A stretch of DNA of 64,000 bases from an uncultured Acidobacteriaceae bacterium (GTDB taxonomy: Bacteria; Acidobacteriota; Terriglobia; Terriglobales; Acidobacteriaceae), in contig CAWAWQ010000002.1 in assembly GCA_963785825.1 (NCBI GenBank), forward strand, positions 242,192 through 306,191, given 5' to 3'. The notes under the pieces are model-generated. The model had not been told where the DNA came from and made no database searches. It worked only from the letters and a program-made list of their open reading frames with translations. Position 1 is the first letter of the stretch, and every line of letters starts with the position of its first letter. Positions 55,131 to 63,733 of this stretch are shown here, piece after piece. Made by a program: the position numbers and the translations under genes.

Positions 55131-55200
55131 GACAGTTTCGAGTTTCTGGTTTCGAGCTTCGAGCGCAATTCACGAGGATAGATTCAAGTTTCAGGTTTTC
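55131..55200. repeat. GTTTC-type heptamer units and a 30-bp direct repeat upstream of nuoA
   Basis: GCGCAATTCACAAAGACAGTTTCGAGTTTC (55117-55146) and GCGCAATTCACGAGGATAGATTCAAGTTTC (55163-55192). Confidence 0.6.
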
Positions 55201-55275
55201 GCATCACGGAAGTTGCCGCCCGGGATCTCGGCGTGCTTGGGTGCGAGCGGCTGCCATTGTTCAAACTAACCGGCA

Positions 55276-55310
55276 CTTGAAACCGGAAACTGGAAACTCG
55301 AAACTGGTAT
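55276..55310. repeat. Heptamer array CTTGAAA CCGGAAA CTGGAAA CTCGAAA CTGGTAT
   Basis: Abuts the thiS stop codon. Its orientation is inverted relative to the array at 55516-55558. Confidence 0.8.
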
Positions 55311-55510
55311 TATCCCCCGCCCACGAAATGGACGATCTCCAGGCGGTCTCCGTCATTGAGCGAAGTCTCCGCCCATTGCTGCCGCGCAACGATTTCGCGG
55401 TTCAATTCAACGGCGACGCGATCGCTTTTCATACCCAGTTGCTCGATGAGTTGGGCGAGGGAGAGAGGCTCGGGGAAGCTCTTCTTCTCGCCGTTGATGA
55501 ATAAGTCCAT
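55310..55510 (-). CDS. thiS: ThiS/MoaD-family sulfur-carrier (ubiquitin-fold) protein
   Basis: 66 aa, [10 protein letters not shown]...[13 protein letters not shown], with a C-terminal Gly-Gly. Confidence 0.75.
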   Translation of the reverse strand: MDLFINGEKKSFPEPLSLAQLIEQLGMKSDRVAVELNREIVARQQWAETSLNDGDRLEIVHFVGGG

Positions 55511-55515
55511 AAAGA

Positions 55516-55558
55516 CAGTTTCGGGTTTCAAGTTTCAAGTTTCAAGCGATAGTTTCAG
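55516..55558. repeat. Heptamer array CAGTTTC GGGTTTC AAGTTTC AAGTTTC AAGCGAT AGTTTCA
   Basis: Starts 6 nt upstream of the thiS ATG. Confidence 0.8.
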
Positions 55559-55736
55559 CCGCAGGGAGGCGCGGCTACGCTGATCGCTCGGGAAGGGCCC
55601 CAGCAGAAACTGGGCGTGACGTTCGCGCGAAACGTGAAACTCGCAACTTGTGTACAATCACGGAAATTTCTGCGATGTGGCCGGCACCGAGCAAGGTGCC
55701 CGTATTCGAAAATTTTCAATGTGGAGGACAACAGCG

Positions 55737-56204
55737 ATGGCAGTTAAACCCATTCCCGATGGATACCATACAGTCACTCCGTACATCACAGTGGACGACC
55801 CCGTCCCGGTGATCGAATTCCTGAAGAAAGCCTTCGACGCGCAGGAAACCTATGCCATGCGCGACGAACGCGGCGTGGTTCATCATGCCGAGGTGAAGGT
55901 GGGCAACTCCATGGTGATGCTGGGTGCGCAACACGACCAGTGGAAGTCGCGTCCCGGCAATTTCTACCTCTATGTGGAAGATTGCGACGCAATGTACAAG
56001 AAAGCATTGGCGGCAGGTGGAACATCGCTGAGCGAGCCGCAAACGCAGTTTTACGGCGACCGCCAGGGAGGTGTTAGCGATTCGCAGGGGAACAATTGGT
56101 GGATTGCCACGCACGTAGAGGACGTCTCCCCGGAGGAACTGGAGAGGCGGGCCAAGGAGTTTACCAAGAAGCAGCAGGCCACGGCGGGCGCGGAGAAGAA
56201 GTAA
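55737..56204 (+). CDS. VOC-family (glyoxalase/bleomycin-resistance fold, PhnB/YjdN-like) protein
   Basis: Contains 'GYHTVTPYITVDD', 'HAEVKVGNSMVMLG' and 'FYGDRQGGVSDSQGNNWWIAT'. GGAGG SD lies before the ATG at 55737. Confidence 0.8.
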   Translation: MAVKPIPDGYHTVTPYITVDDPVPVIEFLKKAFDAQETYAMRDERGVVHHAEVKVGNSMVMLGAQHDQWKSRPGNFYLYVEDCDAMYKKALAAGGTSLSEPQTQFYGDRQGGVSDSQGNNWWIATHVEDVSPEELERRAKEFTKKQQATAGAEKK

Positions 56205-56343
56205 CTCCAACTGCTTTACGGTGGGATCCCGGGCGGCCGGCCCACCCGCGAAGAGGCTGGTTCTGCCCTGCTGCAGTGAACTGATGCAGAGTGGACACAG
56301 TTTGAGGTGAGCGAACCAGCCTTAGCAGTCAAAATGGCGGAGT

Positions 56344-56613
56344 ATGGAACCGGGGTCGCAGCGCTTCGAGAAAATCGAGCTACAGCTGTCCGATGAAAAG
56401 ATCATTGCTCACGATAAGACGTTGACTGGAATCCGAAACCTGCTGCAAACGGGGATTCGCATGCTGGTGGAAATGGAGACGAAGATGTCGGCGCTTGCCG
56501 ACTCGGAAACCCGGCTCTATGGCGCCATGCAAGACCTCGCTGAAGCACAGAAGAGAACCGAGGACTCACTGAAGCGCTTCCTGGATCGCAGCGGCAATGG
56601 CCATTCCGCTTAG
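56344..56613 (+). CDS. Hypothetical small coiled-coil protein
   Basis: 89-aa ORF with helical heptad-like composition and no recognised domain. Confidence 0.35.
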   Translation: MEPGSQRFEKIELQLSDEKIIAHDKTLTGIRNLLQTGIRMLVEMETKMSALADSETRLYGAMQDLAEAQKRTEDSLKRFLDRSGNGHSA

Positions 56614-56834
56614 AATCCCTTCCGGAATAGCCGTTGAAATCATCAAGCCTGCTGTAACCTCGATGTTATAATTCCGCTTTGCCCGCTTCGAAGCGATTCG
56701 AGACGGGGCTTTGCCGTGTCTGCGGTGCTTGGGCGCGCCGGCTTGGCTTGTCTCTAAATCCACCGCTAAACGCCGAGCCCTCGATCGGGGCAAGCAGTAC
56801 TCATCCCAAGTCATTCAACGTCCGAGGTTTCCTC

Positions 56835-57581
56835 ATGTCAGGCCATTCTAAATGGGCAACAATCAAGCACAAAAAGGGCGCGCTGGATGCCAAGCGCGGC
56901 AAGATCTTCACGCGGCTAATCAAGGAAATCACCATTGCAGCCAAAAGCGGTGGTGATCCGGAGAAAAATCCGCGTTTACGCGGTGCGGTAGCTGCGGCCA
57001 AGGCCGAGAACATGCCGGCCGATAACATCAAGCGTGCCATTCAGCGCGGCACCGGCGAGCTGCCCGGCGTTTCCTACGAAGAAATCACATTTGAAGGCTA
57101 TGGCCCCGGCGGCGTCGCTATTCTTGTGGAGGTCTCGACCGACAATCGCAATCGCACGGTCAGCGAACTCCGCCATGCGTTTTCGAAGAATGGCGGCAAC
57201 ATGGGCGAAGCCGGCTCGGTGGCCTGGATGTTCCATAAGAAGGGCGACATCGTCATTCCCAAGTCGGCGGCCAAGGAAGACGACCTGATGAATCTGGTGC
57301 TGGAGGCGGGCGCCGACGACCTGAAGGACGATGGCGACAATTGGGAGATCCTGACCGCCCCCTCCTCCTACGAAACGGTGCTGGAAGAGGTCAAGAAGGC
57401 CGGCATCAAGCCCGAGGTGGCCGAGATTGGCATGGTGCCGCAGAATTACACCAAACTCGAAGGCCAGCAGGCCAACACGATGATTCGGCTGCTGGAGGCG
57501 CTGGAAGATAACGACGATGTCGAGCATGTGTACTCGAACTTCGACATCGATCAGAAGCAACTGGAAGAGGTGGCGGGGTAG
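56835..57581 (+). CDS. yebC: YebC/PmpR-family transcriptional regulator
   Basis: '[32 protein letters not shown]' is diagnostic of the family. Confidence 0.93.
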   Translation: MSGHSKWATIKHKKGALDAKRGKIFTRLIKEITIAAKSGGDPEKNPRLRGAVAAAKAENMPADNIKRAIQRGTGELPGVSYEEITFEGYGPGGVAILVEVSTDNRNRTVSELRHAFSKNGGNMGEAGSVAWMFHKKGDIVIPKSAAKEDDLMNLVLEAGADDLKDDGDNWEILTAPSSYETVLEEVKKAGIKPEVAEIGMVPQNYTKLEGQQANTMIRLLEALEDNDDVEHVYSNFDIDQKQLEEVAG

Positions 57582-57614
57582 GGAAGCCGTCAGCTTTCAG
57601 CCGTCAGCTACCCC
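57582..57614. repeat. Period-7 array GCCGTCA GCTTTCA GCCGTCA GCTACCC
   Basis: Starts immediately after the yebC TAG. Shares the 15-mer GGGAAGCCGTCAGCT with 2641-2655. Confidence 0.65.
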
Positions 57615-57632
57615 ATTTACAATAACTCCAGC

Positions 57633-58640
57633 ATGAAGGTCTCCCAACGCCTGCGCTCTCTCATTCCTGCCGTTTTGCTGATTGCCGTTGGCGTTGTGTC
57701 ATGGGGCTGCAGCAAGCCGGAACCGACGATAGTCTCGTCCGCCGCACCTGCTGAGGTGACCCCGGCAGCAGCCACGAATTCCGCGACAGTATCCAGGTCC
57801 GCTTCCCCTGACAACTCTCCCAAGCCGAACCTCAACGGCAATCAGGCGATGCAATACGTCAAGGACATTGTCGCGTTCGGCACGCGTCCCGCCGGCAGCC
57901 CAGGGCACGCCAAGGCTGAGCAGTTCATCCTCTCGAAACTAAAGGGCGTGGACGTCGAGCAGGATAAGTTCACCGCGCAAACCCTTGTCGGGAAGTTTCC
58001 GATCAACAACATCATCGCCAAATTTCCTGGAAAGAAGAACGGCATCATTGTCGTGGCTGGACACTACGACACCCCGCATTACCTCCCCAAGAGCTATGTT
58101 GGTGCCAACGATGGCGGGTCCTCGGCGGCGCTGCTGCTGGCGCTGGCGGACCAGTTCCGCGGTAAGCAACTCGACGGCTACAGCGTCTGGCTGGTGTGGA
58201 CGGATGGCGAAGAGGCCTTTGTGCACTGGACGGATACCGACAGTGTCTATGGCACGCGTCATCTGGCGCAGAAGTGGCAGCAGGATGGCACGGCTAAGAA
58301 GATCAAGGCATTCATCCTGGTCGATATGATTGGCGATGCCGATCTCGACATTCTGAAGGTCACCAACTCCACGCCCTGGCTAAGCGAGCTCGTCTACCGC
58401 GCCGCCAGCAATCTCGGATATCAGTCACGCTTCTACCAGCTCCAGGCTGCGATGGAAGACGATCATACGCCGCTGCTCAAGATCGGCGTGCCCGCGGTGG
58501 ATCTGATCGATTTCACCTACGGATACAACAACGTCTTCTGGCACACCCCAGACGATACCGTCGATAAGCTAAGCCCGGAATCGCTGGCCATTACCGGGGA
58601 TGTGGTGCTGGAGACGATACGGCTGCTGAATGCGCGGTAA
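57633..58640 (+). CDS. M28-family peptidase (aminopeptidase / glutaminyl-cyclase-like), lipoprotein
   Basis: Signal plus Cys 'LLIAVGVVSWGC'. Contains 'IIVVAGHYDT', 'GANDGGSSAALLLALA', 'WTDGEE' and 'LVDMIGD' metal-site motifs. Confidence 0.8.
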   Translation: MKVSQRLRSLIPAVLLIAVGVVSWGCSKPEPTIVSSAAPAEVTPAAATNSATVSRSASPDNSPKPNLNGNQAMQYVKDIVAFGTRPAGSPGHAKAEQFILSKLKGVDVEQDKFTAQTLVGKFPINNIIAKFPGKKNGIIVVAGHYDTPHYLPKSYVGANDGGSSAALLLALADQFRGKQLDGYSVWLVWTDGEEAFVHWTDTDSVYGTRHLAQKWQQDGTAKKIKAFILVDMIGDADLDILKVTNSTPWLSELVYRAASNLGYQSRFYQLQAAMEDDHTPLLKIGVPAVDLIDFTYGYNNVFWHTPDDTVDKLSPESLAITGDVVLETIRLLNAR

Positions 58641-58767
58641 GCTGTCGCGATCCCGAACTCGGGGGCGGGATCGGTCCGGCTCCCGGGCCCACTACCATCT
58701 AAAGGAATATCCGATCGATGCCCCGGCGCGGGTGGCATACGCGCTGCTGAATTCCACGTTGGTATGG

Positions 58768-60201
58768 ATGAAGCGCAGGAGCGGATTGTGTTCGTTGGCC
58801 GTGCTACTGCTTGTCACGTCGGTTGCGGCGCAGGTGGATGAGGCGACTCGACAACTGGCACGCGGCATTCTGCAGCAACTCGTCGAGATCAACACGACCG
58901 ACTCCGTCGGCAAGGTCACTACCGCAGCCGAGGCGATGGCGCAAAGATTCCGTGCGGCCGGCTTTGCCGACAGCGACATCCAGGTCCTCGGCCCCAACGA
59001 TCGCAAGAAGAACCTGGTCGTGCGGCTGCACGGAAGCGGAGCAAAGAAGCCGGTGCTGCTGATCGGGCATCTCGACGTAGTCGAGGCGCGGCGGGAGGAT
59101 TGGACCACCGATCCGTTTCAGCTCGTCGAGAAAGATGGATACTTCTACGGGCGCGGCACGCAGGACATGAAGTCCGATGACGCGATCTACGTCACTACCC
59201 TCATCCGATTCATGAAAGAGGGTTACAAGCCGGACCGCGACATCATTCTGGCCCTGACCGCCGATGAAGAAGGCGGGGAATCGAACGGGGTCGATTGGCT
59301 GATCCGCAACCATCGCGAGCTGATTGATGCGGAATTCGTACTCAATGCCGATAATGGCGCCGTCGACACGGTAAACGGAAAGCCTTTGATGGTGTCGATG
59401 GACGCGACCGAAAAGCTCTATGCCGATTACCAGCTGGAGGTGACCAGTCCTGGAGGGCATAGCTCGGAACCGGTGCCGGACAATGCCATTTATCGCTTGA
59501 CCGACGGCCTGACCAGGCTACAACGCTACCGATTTCCCTTCGAGCTGAGCGCGGTGACGCGTACCTTCTTTCTGCAGATGTCCACAATCGAAAAAGGACA
59601 GACCGCCGCCGACATGCGAGGCATTCTCGGGAATCCTCCCGAGGCTTCCGCGATCCGGCGATTGTCGGAGAACCCGCTCTATAACGCGATGATGCACACC
59701 ACTTGCGTCCCCACCCGTCTGGATGCAGGCCACGCCAATAACGCGTTACCACAACGGGCCATTGCCAATGTAAACTGTCGAATTCTGCCCGGCCATTCGC
59801 GGGAGGAGGTACGACAGAAGCTGATTGCTATTTTGGCGGACCCGAAGATCACGGTGCGCTATGTGGCCAATGATGGGACGGTGCACGACACCGCGCCGAT
59901 GCAAAAGTCGCTGCCGCCGGCGGCCTTGCGTCCCGAGGTCATGAAGCCGCTGAAAGAAATCTCGGCCCGGATATGGTCGGGAACGCCGGTAATTGTCGGA
60001 ATGAACACCGGCGCTTCCGACGGCATCTACACCAATGCGGCGGGCATGCCGACTTATGGGGTCACGGGCGTCGCCATCGATATCGATGATGTTCGCGCCC
60101 ATGGCAAGGACGAGCGCGTGCGGGTGGATTCGTTTTATCAGGGAATCGATTTCTACTACCTGTACCTGAAAGCAGTGACATCCGACACTGCGGGGCAATG
60201 A
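58768..60201 (+). CDS. M20/M25/M40-family metallopeptidase, secreted
   Basis: Signal peptide MKRRSGLCSLAVLLLVTSVAAQ. Contains 'LLIGHLDVV', 'GRGTQDMK' and 'ADEEGG' motifs. Confidence 0.85.
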   Translation: MKRRSGLCSLAVLLLVTSVAAQVDEATRQLARGILQQLVEINTTDSVGKVTTAAEAMAQRFRAAGFADSDIQVLGPNDRKKNLVVRLHGSGAKKPVLLIGHLDVVEARREDWTTDPFQLVEKDGYFYGRGTQDMKSDDAIYVTTLIRFMKEGYKPDRDIILALTADEEGGESNGVDWLIRNHRELIDAEFVLNADNGAVDTVNGKPLMVSMDATEKLYADYQLEVTSPGGHSSEPVPDNAIYRLTDGLTRLQRYRFPFELSAVTRTFFLQMSTIEKGQTAADMRGILGNPPEASAIRRLSENPLYNAMMHTTCVPTRLDAGHANNALPQRAIANVNCRILPGHSREEVRQKLIAILADPKITVRYVANDGTVHDTAPMQKSLPPAALRPEVMKPLKEISARIWSGTPVIVGMNTGASDGIYTNAAGMPTYGVTGVAIDIDDVRAHGKDERVRVDSFYQGIDFYYLYLKAVTSDTAGQ

Positions 60202-60264
60202 CATTCTCATTAGTCTGGAAGGCTGAATACCTGAGTCTGGAAAGACCAATACCTGGAGGCAATT

Positions 60265-61338
60265 TTGAAGCGATTTGCGAAACAAATTTCATTTCATCTA
60301 CTCGTTGCCGGTTTGCTGGTTCCGGCGACATTCGCGGGCAGCAAAGAAGGTTCACGCGAAATGTTGGCGAAGTCGTTCCAACAGGCGAACCTATGGACCG
60401 AAGGGCCGGTCAAGTTGGTCGCGCACATGCGCATGCCCAAACCCGATGGAACCGATATCAATTTCGACTACACGCTGTCCTGGGCAGGCCCGGACAAATG
60501 GCGCGCCGAGTGGACGGCAAATGGCTTCGATCAGGTGAGCGTGCTCAATAATGGCAAGCTGTCCTATTTCAGCAGCCAGCCCAACCCTCTCGTCCAGCCG
60601 CTGGAGTTTGAATCTGCTATCGAAGCGCTCGACGGAGGCAATCCTGCTGGTCCTTACACTCTTCCACCGTTCGACCTGGAAAAATCGAAGATCGACACCA
60701 GCAAGAAGAAAATCGACAATGTCGATGCCAAATGCATGGCGCTGGGTGATCCAAAGGAGACGTTCTGCATCGATCCGGCGTCCGGGCGTCTATTGACCGT
60801 CCTCACGACAATCGGCCCCGCTGAAGTCGGTTCGTTTGAATACAGTGACTACACCACGGTCGGAAGCGCCGCCTATCCGCAGATGATCAAAATCTACTAC
60901 GCCAAGAACCTGCTGGAAGACGGCAAGGTGACGGTGACCCGCGGCGAGAAATTTGACGAGAAGCTGTTTGCCGCGCCGGACAAGAGCACAACGAGTGATT
61001 TTCCCACCTGTGCGGAGGTGGGCAAGAACTTCACCGCTCCCCGCGTGAGCAAGTCTGTTCCGCCGAAAATGTCAGACGCCGCGAAGAAAGCAAACAAATA
61101 TGGTTTGGTATGGGTTATGGCCAAAGTCGGCAAGGACGGATCGGTTACTAAGGCGACAGTGCTCGGCGGCGATCCGGATCTCAACACGGCCGCTACCGAC
61201 GCAGTGCAGCAGTATAAGTTCACGCCCTACCTGCGCTGCAATCAGGCAGTGGAATTTCAGAAGGTGGTTGTGGTGCCCTTCATGCCACCGCAAAACCCGG
61301 CCGGCGGCAACCAGGGTTCAGTGGTTACACCGCATTGA
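60265..61338 (+). CDS. Secreted protein with C-terminal TonB-C (energy-transducer-like) domain
   Basis: Has a signal peptide. The C-terminal 'YGLVWVMAKVGKDGSVTKATVLGGDPDLNTAATDAVQQYKFTPY' matches the TonB_C pattern. Confidence 0.6.
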   Translation: MKRFAKQISFHLLVAGLLVPATFAGSKEGSREMLAKSFQQANLWTEGPVKLVAHMRMPKPDGTDINFDYTLSWAGPDKWRAEWTANGFDQVSVLNNGKLSYFSSQPNPLVQPLEFESAIEALDGGNPAGPYTLPPFDLEKSKIDTSKKKIDNVDAKCMALGDPKETFCIDPASGRLLTVLTTIGPAEVGSFEYSDYTTVGSAAYPQMIKIYYAKNLLEDGKVTVTRGEKFDEKLFAAPDKSTTSDFPTCAEVGKNFTAPRVSKSVPPKMSDAAKKANKYGLVWVMAKVGKDGSVTKATVLGGDPDLNTAATDAVQQYKFTPYLRCNQAVEFQKVVVVPFMPPQNPAGGNQGSVVTPH

Positions 61339-61540
61339 TAGGGGAGTCTAGGAAAGTTTGGTAGTTCGAAAGGCAAGGGTGGGCGGCTTCACGGGGTTCG
61401 AGACCGGGGAGTGACGCGACCCGCCCATCTGCGCCGCAACCGTTGTGTATTGCATCGTGCTCACCCAGGTCTCGAAAGCCGCGAGACCTGGGCCGCCCGC
61501 TCAATTTCACACTGCGCCGCCCGCACGCTATCCTGTGGTT

Positions 61541-62563
61541 ATGGATCGTAACGCTTCCGACAGTTTTTCCCTTGACGTCGTGGTGATCGGCGCCGGCCCG
61601 ACCGGCCTGGCTTGCGGGATCGACGCCAAGCGCGCCGGCCTCACCGTCGCCAACATCGACAAGGGCTGTCTGGTCAACTCGCTCTTCCACTATCCCAGCA
61701 ACATGACGTTCTTCACCACGCCGGAACTGCTGGAGATCGGGGACATTCCTTTTTCCAGTCCCAATCAGAAGCCCACACGCCAGGAAGCACTGGAGTACTA
61801 CCGCAAAGTTGCCGAGTTCTATCAGCTCGATGTACGCCAGTACGAGCCCGTGCTGAAGGTGGAAGGCAGCGACAATGATTTCGTCGTCCACACCACGAAC
61901 CTGCATGGTCACAAGCGCGAATACCACGCGCGCAAGCTGATCCTGGCCACCGGCTACTACGACCGCCCCAACTACATGAATATTCCGGGCGAAGAACTGT
62001 CCAAAGTCATGCACTACTACCGTGAGCCGCATCCTTTTTTCGGGCTCAACGTACTGGTAATTGGCGGCAAGAATTCGGCGGCGATTGCCGCCCTGGAATT
62101 ATGGCGCCACGGCGCGCATGTGACTCTGGTGCATCGCGGTCCGGGAATCGGTCCGTCAGTGAAGTACTGGATCAAGCCCGACATCGAGAACCGCATCAAG
62201 GCCGGGCAGGTCAACGCCTATTTCAACACTCGCGTACGGGAAATCACGCTGGAGCACGTCGTGCTGGACACTCCCGATGGCGAAGTGATACTGGCGAACG
62301 ACTATGTTTTTGCTTTGACGGGATACCATCCGGATTTCGAGTTTCTCTGCTCCCTGGGCATCAAACTGAGCGGCGAGGCCGACAAGCGGCCTCTCGTCGA
62401 TCCGCAGACGCTGGAGAGCAATGTCCCTGGAATCTATTTGGCGGGCGTGATCGTCGCCGGCATGCGCACCAGCGAGATCTTCATCGAGAACGGGCGCTTT
62501 CACGGGCAGCTTATCGCCGCCGACCTGAAGCAAAAACTGAAGGCGGAGCCAGTCACCGCGTAG
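61541..62563 (+). CDS. ypdA: YpdA-family FAD/NAD(P)-dependent disulfide reductase (putative bacillithiol disulfide reductase)
   Basis: Contains 'DVVVIGAGPTGLACGI', 'SLFHYPSNMTFFTTPELLEIGDIPF' and 'VLVIGGKNSAAIAALEL', recalled as YpdA-like. Confidence 0.7.
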   Translation: MDRNASDSFSLDVVVIGAGPTGLACGIDAKRAGLTVANIDKGCLVNSLFHYPSNMTFFTTPELLEIGDIPFSSPNQKPTRQEALEYYRKVAEFYQLDVRQYEPVLKVEGSDNDFVVHTTNLHGHKREYHARKLILATGYYDRPNYMNIPGEELSKVMHYYREPHPFFGLNVLVIGGKNSAAIAALELWRHGAHVTLVHRGPGIGPSVKYWIKPDIENRIKAGQVNAYFNTRVREITLEHVVLDTPDGEVILANDYVFALTGYHPDFEFLCSLGIKLSGEADKRPLVDPQTLESNVPGIYLAGVIVAGMRTSEIFIENGRFHGQLIAADLKQKLKAEPVTA

Positions 62564-62576
62564 GGCAGTGCGAATT

Positions 62577-62746
62577 CACCACAGAGGCACAGAGGCACAG
62601 AGATGTTTTGATCAATTCTTCATTCTGAAACCGCCTGATTTCGTGCTGGAATTGCATTCATGCGCTTCGAAGAGCCGGCTAACCACAGAGGCAACGAGCC
62701 CGCGATCGATTCGAAGGGGCCTCCGTGTCTCTGTGCCTCTGTGGTG
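62577..62746. mobile_element. MITE-like element with CACAGAGG-octamer inverted termini
   Basis: CACCACAGAGGCACAGAGGCACAGAG (62577-62602) faces CTCCGTGTCTCTGTGCCTCTGTGGTG (62721-62746). The outer 18 bp are exact inverted repeats. Confidence 0.7.
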
Positions 62747-62761
62747 TAACGTCCAGAACAT

Positions 62762-63733
62762 CTACCACGCCGCCAAGCTGACGTTGTCGAGCCACACAGA
62801 ATACGGGTCCTGGCGGTAGTCGCCATCCAGCTGAAACGCAACACTAACGCCTTCGCCGTGCCAGCCGTCCTGGGGGTCGTAGAACTTATCGACCTTGGCT
62901 ACTTTCCCGTCCAGCGTCACGCTGATGTAGTGGACCTTCCCGTTCGCGCGCTCCATCTGCCAGGTTAGGTGGTGCCACGTCTTAGCGGAAACCTGCGGGC
63001 AGGGCACCGAAGTCGTCTCCCACGACTCTGTCTTGGGATTCCAGATATCCCAATGTCCGGTGTCGCGATAGCTGCATTCTGTGCCCCAGGTGTAGCGCGT
63101 TCCTGACCAGCTCTGGTTGACATCGAACTCCAGCGCCTCGGGCGCGCTTGGATCTTCTATGTAGAAGTACACGTCATAAACGAAGTGCGCCGGCGTGCGG
63201 TTAGGTCCAAACGATTTCCACCACAAGGCATTGGAGTACTGGGTGGGGCCACCGAGGGTGAACACCGAAGACTTGCCGCTCAGCGATGGCCTCGTCTGAT
63301 CGCGGGTCATGCTGGACGTGGCATCGCCCAAGCCACTGGCGCAAGGCTGCCCGTTAAGTTTGGCGGTACACCACTGCCAGTCGGCAAGTTTCTGGATGCC
63401 GGAAGTGATCTGAGCTCCGGAGGGAACGCCGGGTATCCCGCTCGGCGCAGGACTTTGCGGCGGCTGGGAAGGCTGCGAAGATCCTGAGGAAGATCCCGAC
63501 GAAGAATCCGAGGACGATCCGCTGGCCGGCTGCGTAGGCGCAGGATTCGACGGCGCTGGATCTGATGTCGGCGTGCCGGCGCTCTGCAACGGCGATGTCA
63601 ACGAAGGATTGGAAGTACTACCGCCGCAACCTGTCAGCACAAGCAGGAGCGGGAGCAAGAGAGCAGGTGACCAGGGATTGCGAAGAAGACAAAACAAAAA
63701 CGAATCAGATTTGCGTGACCAGCGAAAATGCAT
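62762..63733 (-). CDS. Hypothetical lipoprotein with Ser/Pro-rich linker and beta-rich C-terminal domain
   Basis: Lipobox 'LLVLTGCGG', low-complexity SSDSSSGSSSGSSQPSQPPQSP, and a Trp-rich ~200-aa C-terminal domain that may be a lectin/glucanase-like fold (unverified). Confidence 0.5.
   Translation of the reverse strand: MHFRWSRKSDSFLFCLLRNPWSPALLLPLLLVLTGCGGSTSNPSLTSPLQSAGTPTSDPAPSNPAPTQPASGSSSDSSSGSSSGSSQPSQPPQSPAPSGIPGVPSGAQITSGIQKLADWQWCTAKLNGQPCASGLGDATSSMTRDQTRPSLSGKSSVFTLGGPTQYSNALWWKSFGPNRTPAHFVYDVYFYIEDPSAPEALEFDVNQSWSGTRYTWGTECSYRDTGHWDIWNPKTESWETTSVPCPQVSAKTWHHLTWQMERANGKVHYISVTLDGKVAKVDKFYDPQDGWHGEGVSVAFQLDGDYRQDPYSVWLDNVSLAAW

Noticed and set aside
55511-55650. TPP riboswitch upstream of thiS
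   Set aside because: I could not find the conserved CUGAGA / ACCUGA-type THI-box elements. The region is made of heptamer repeats instead.
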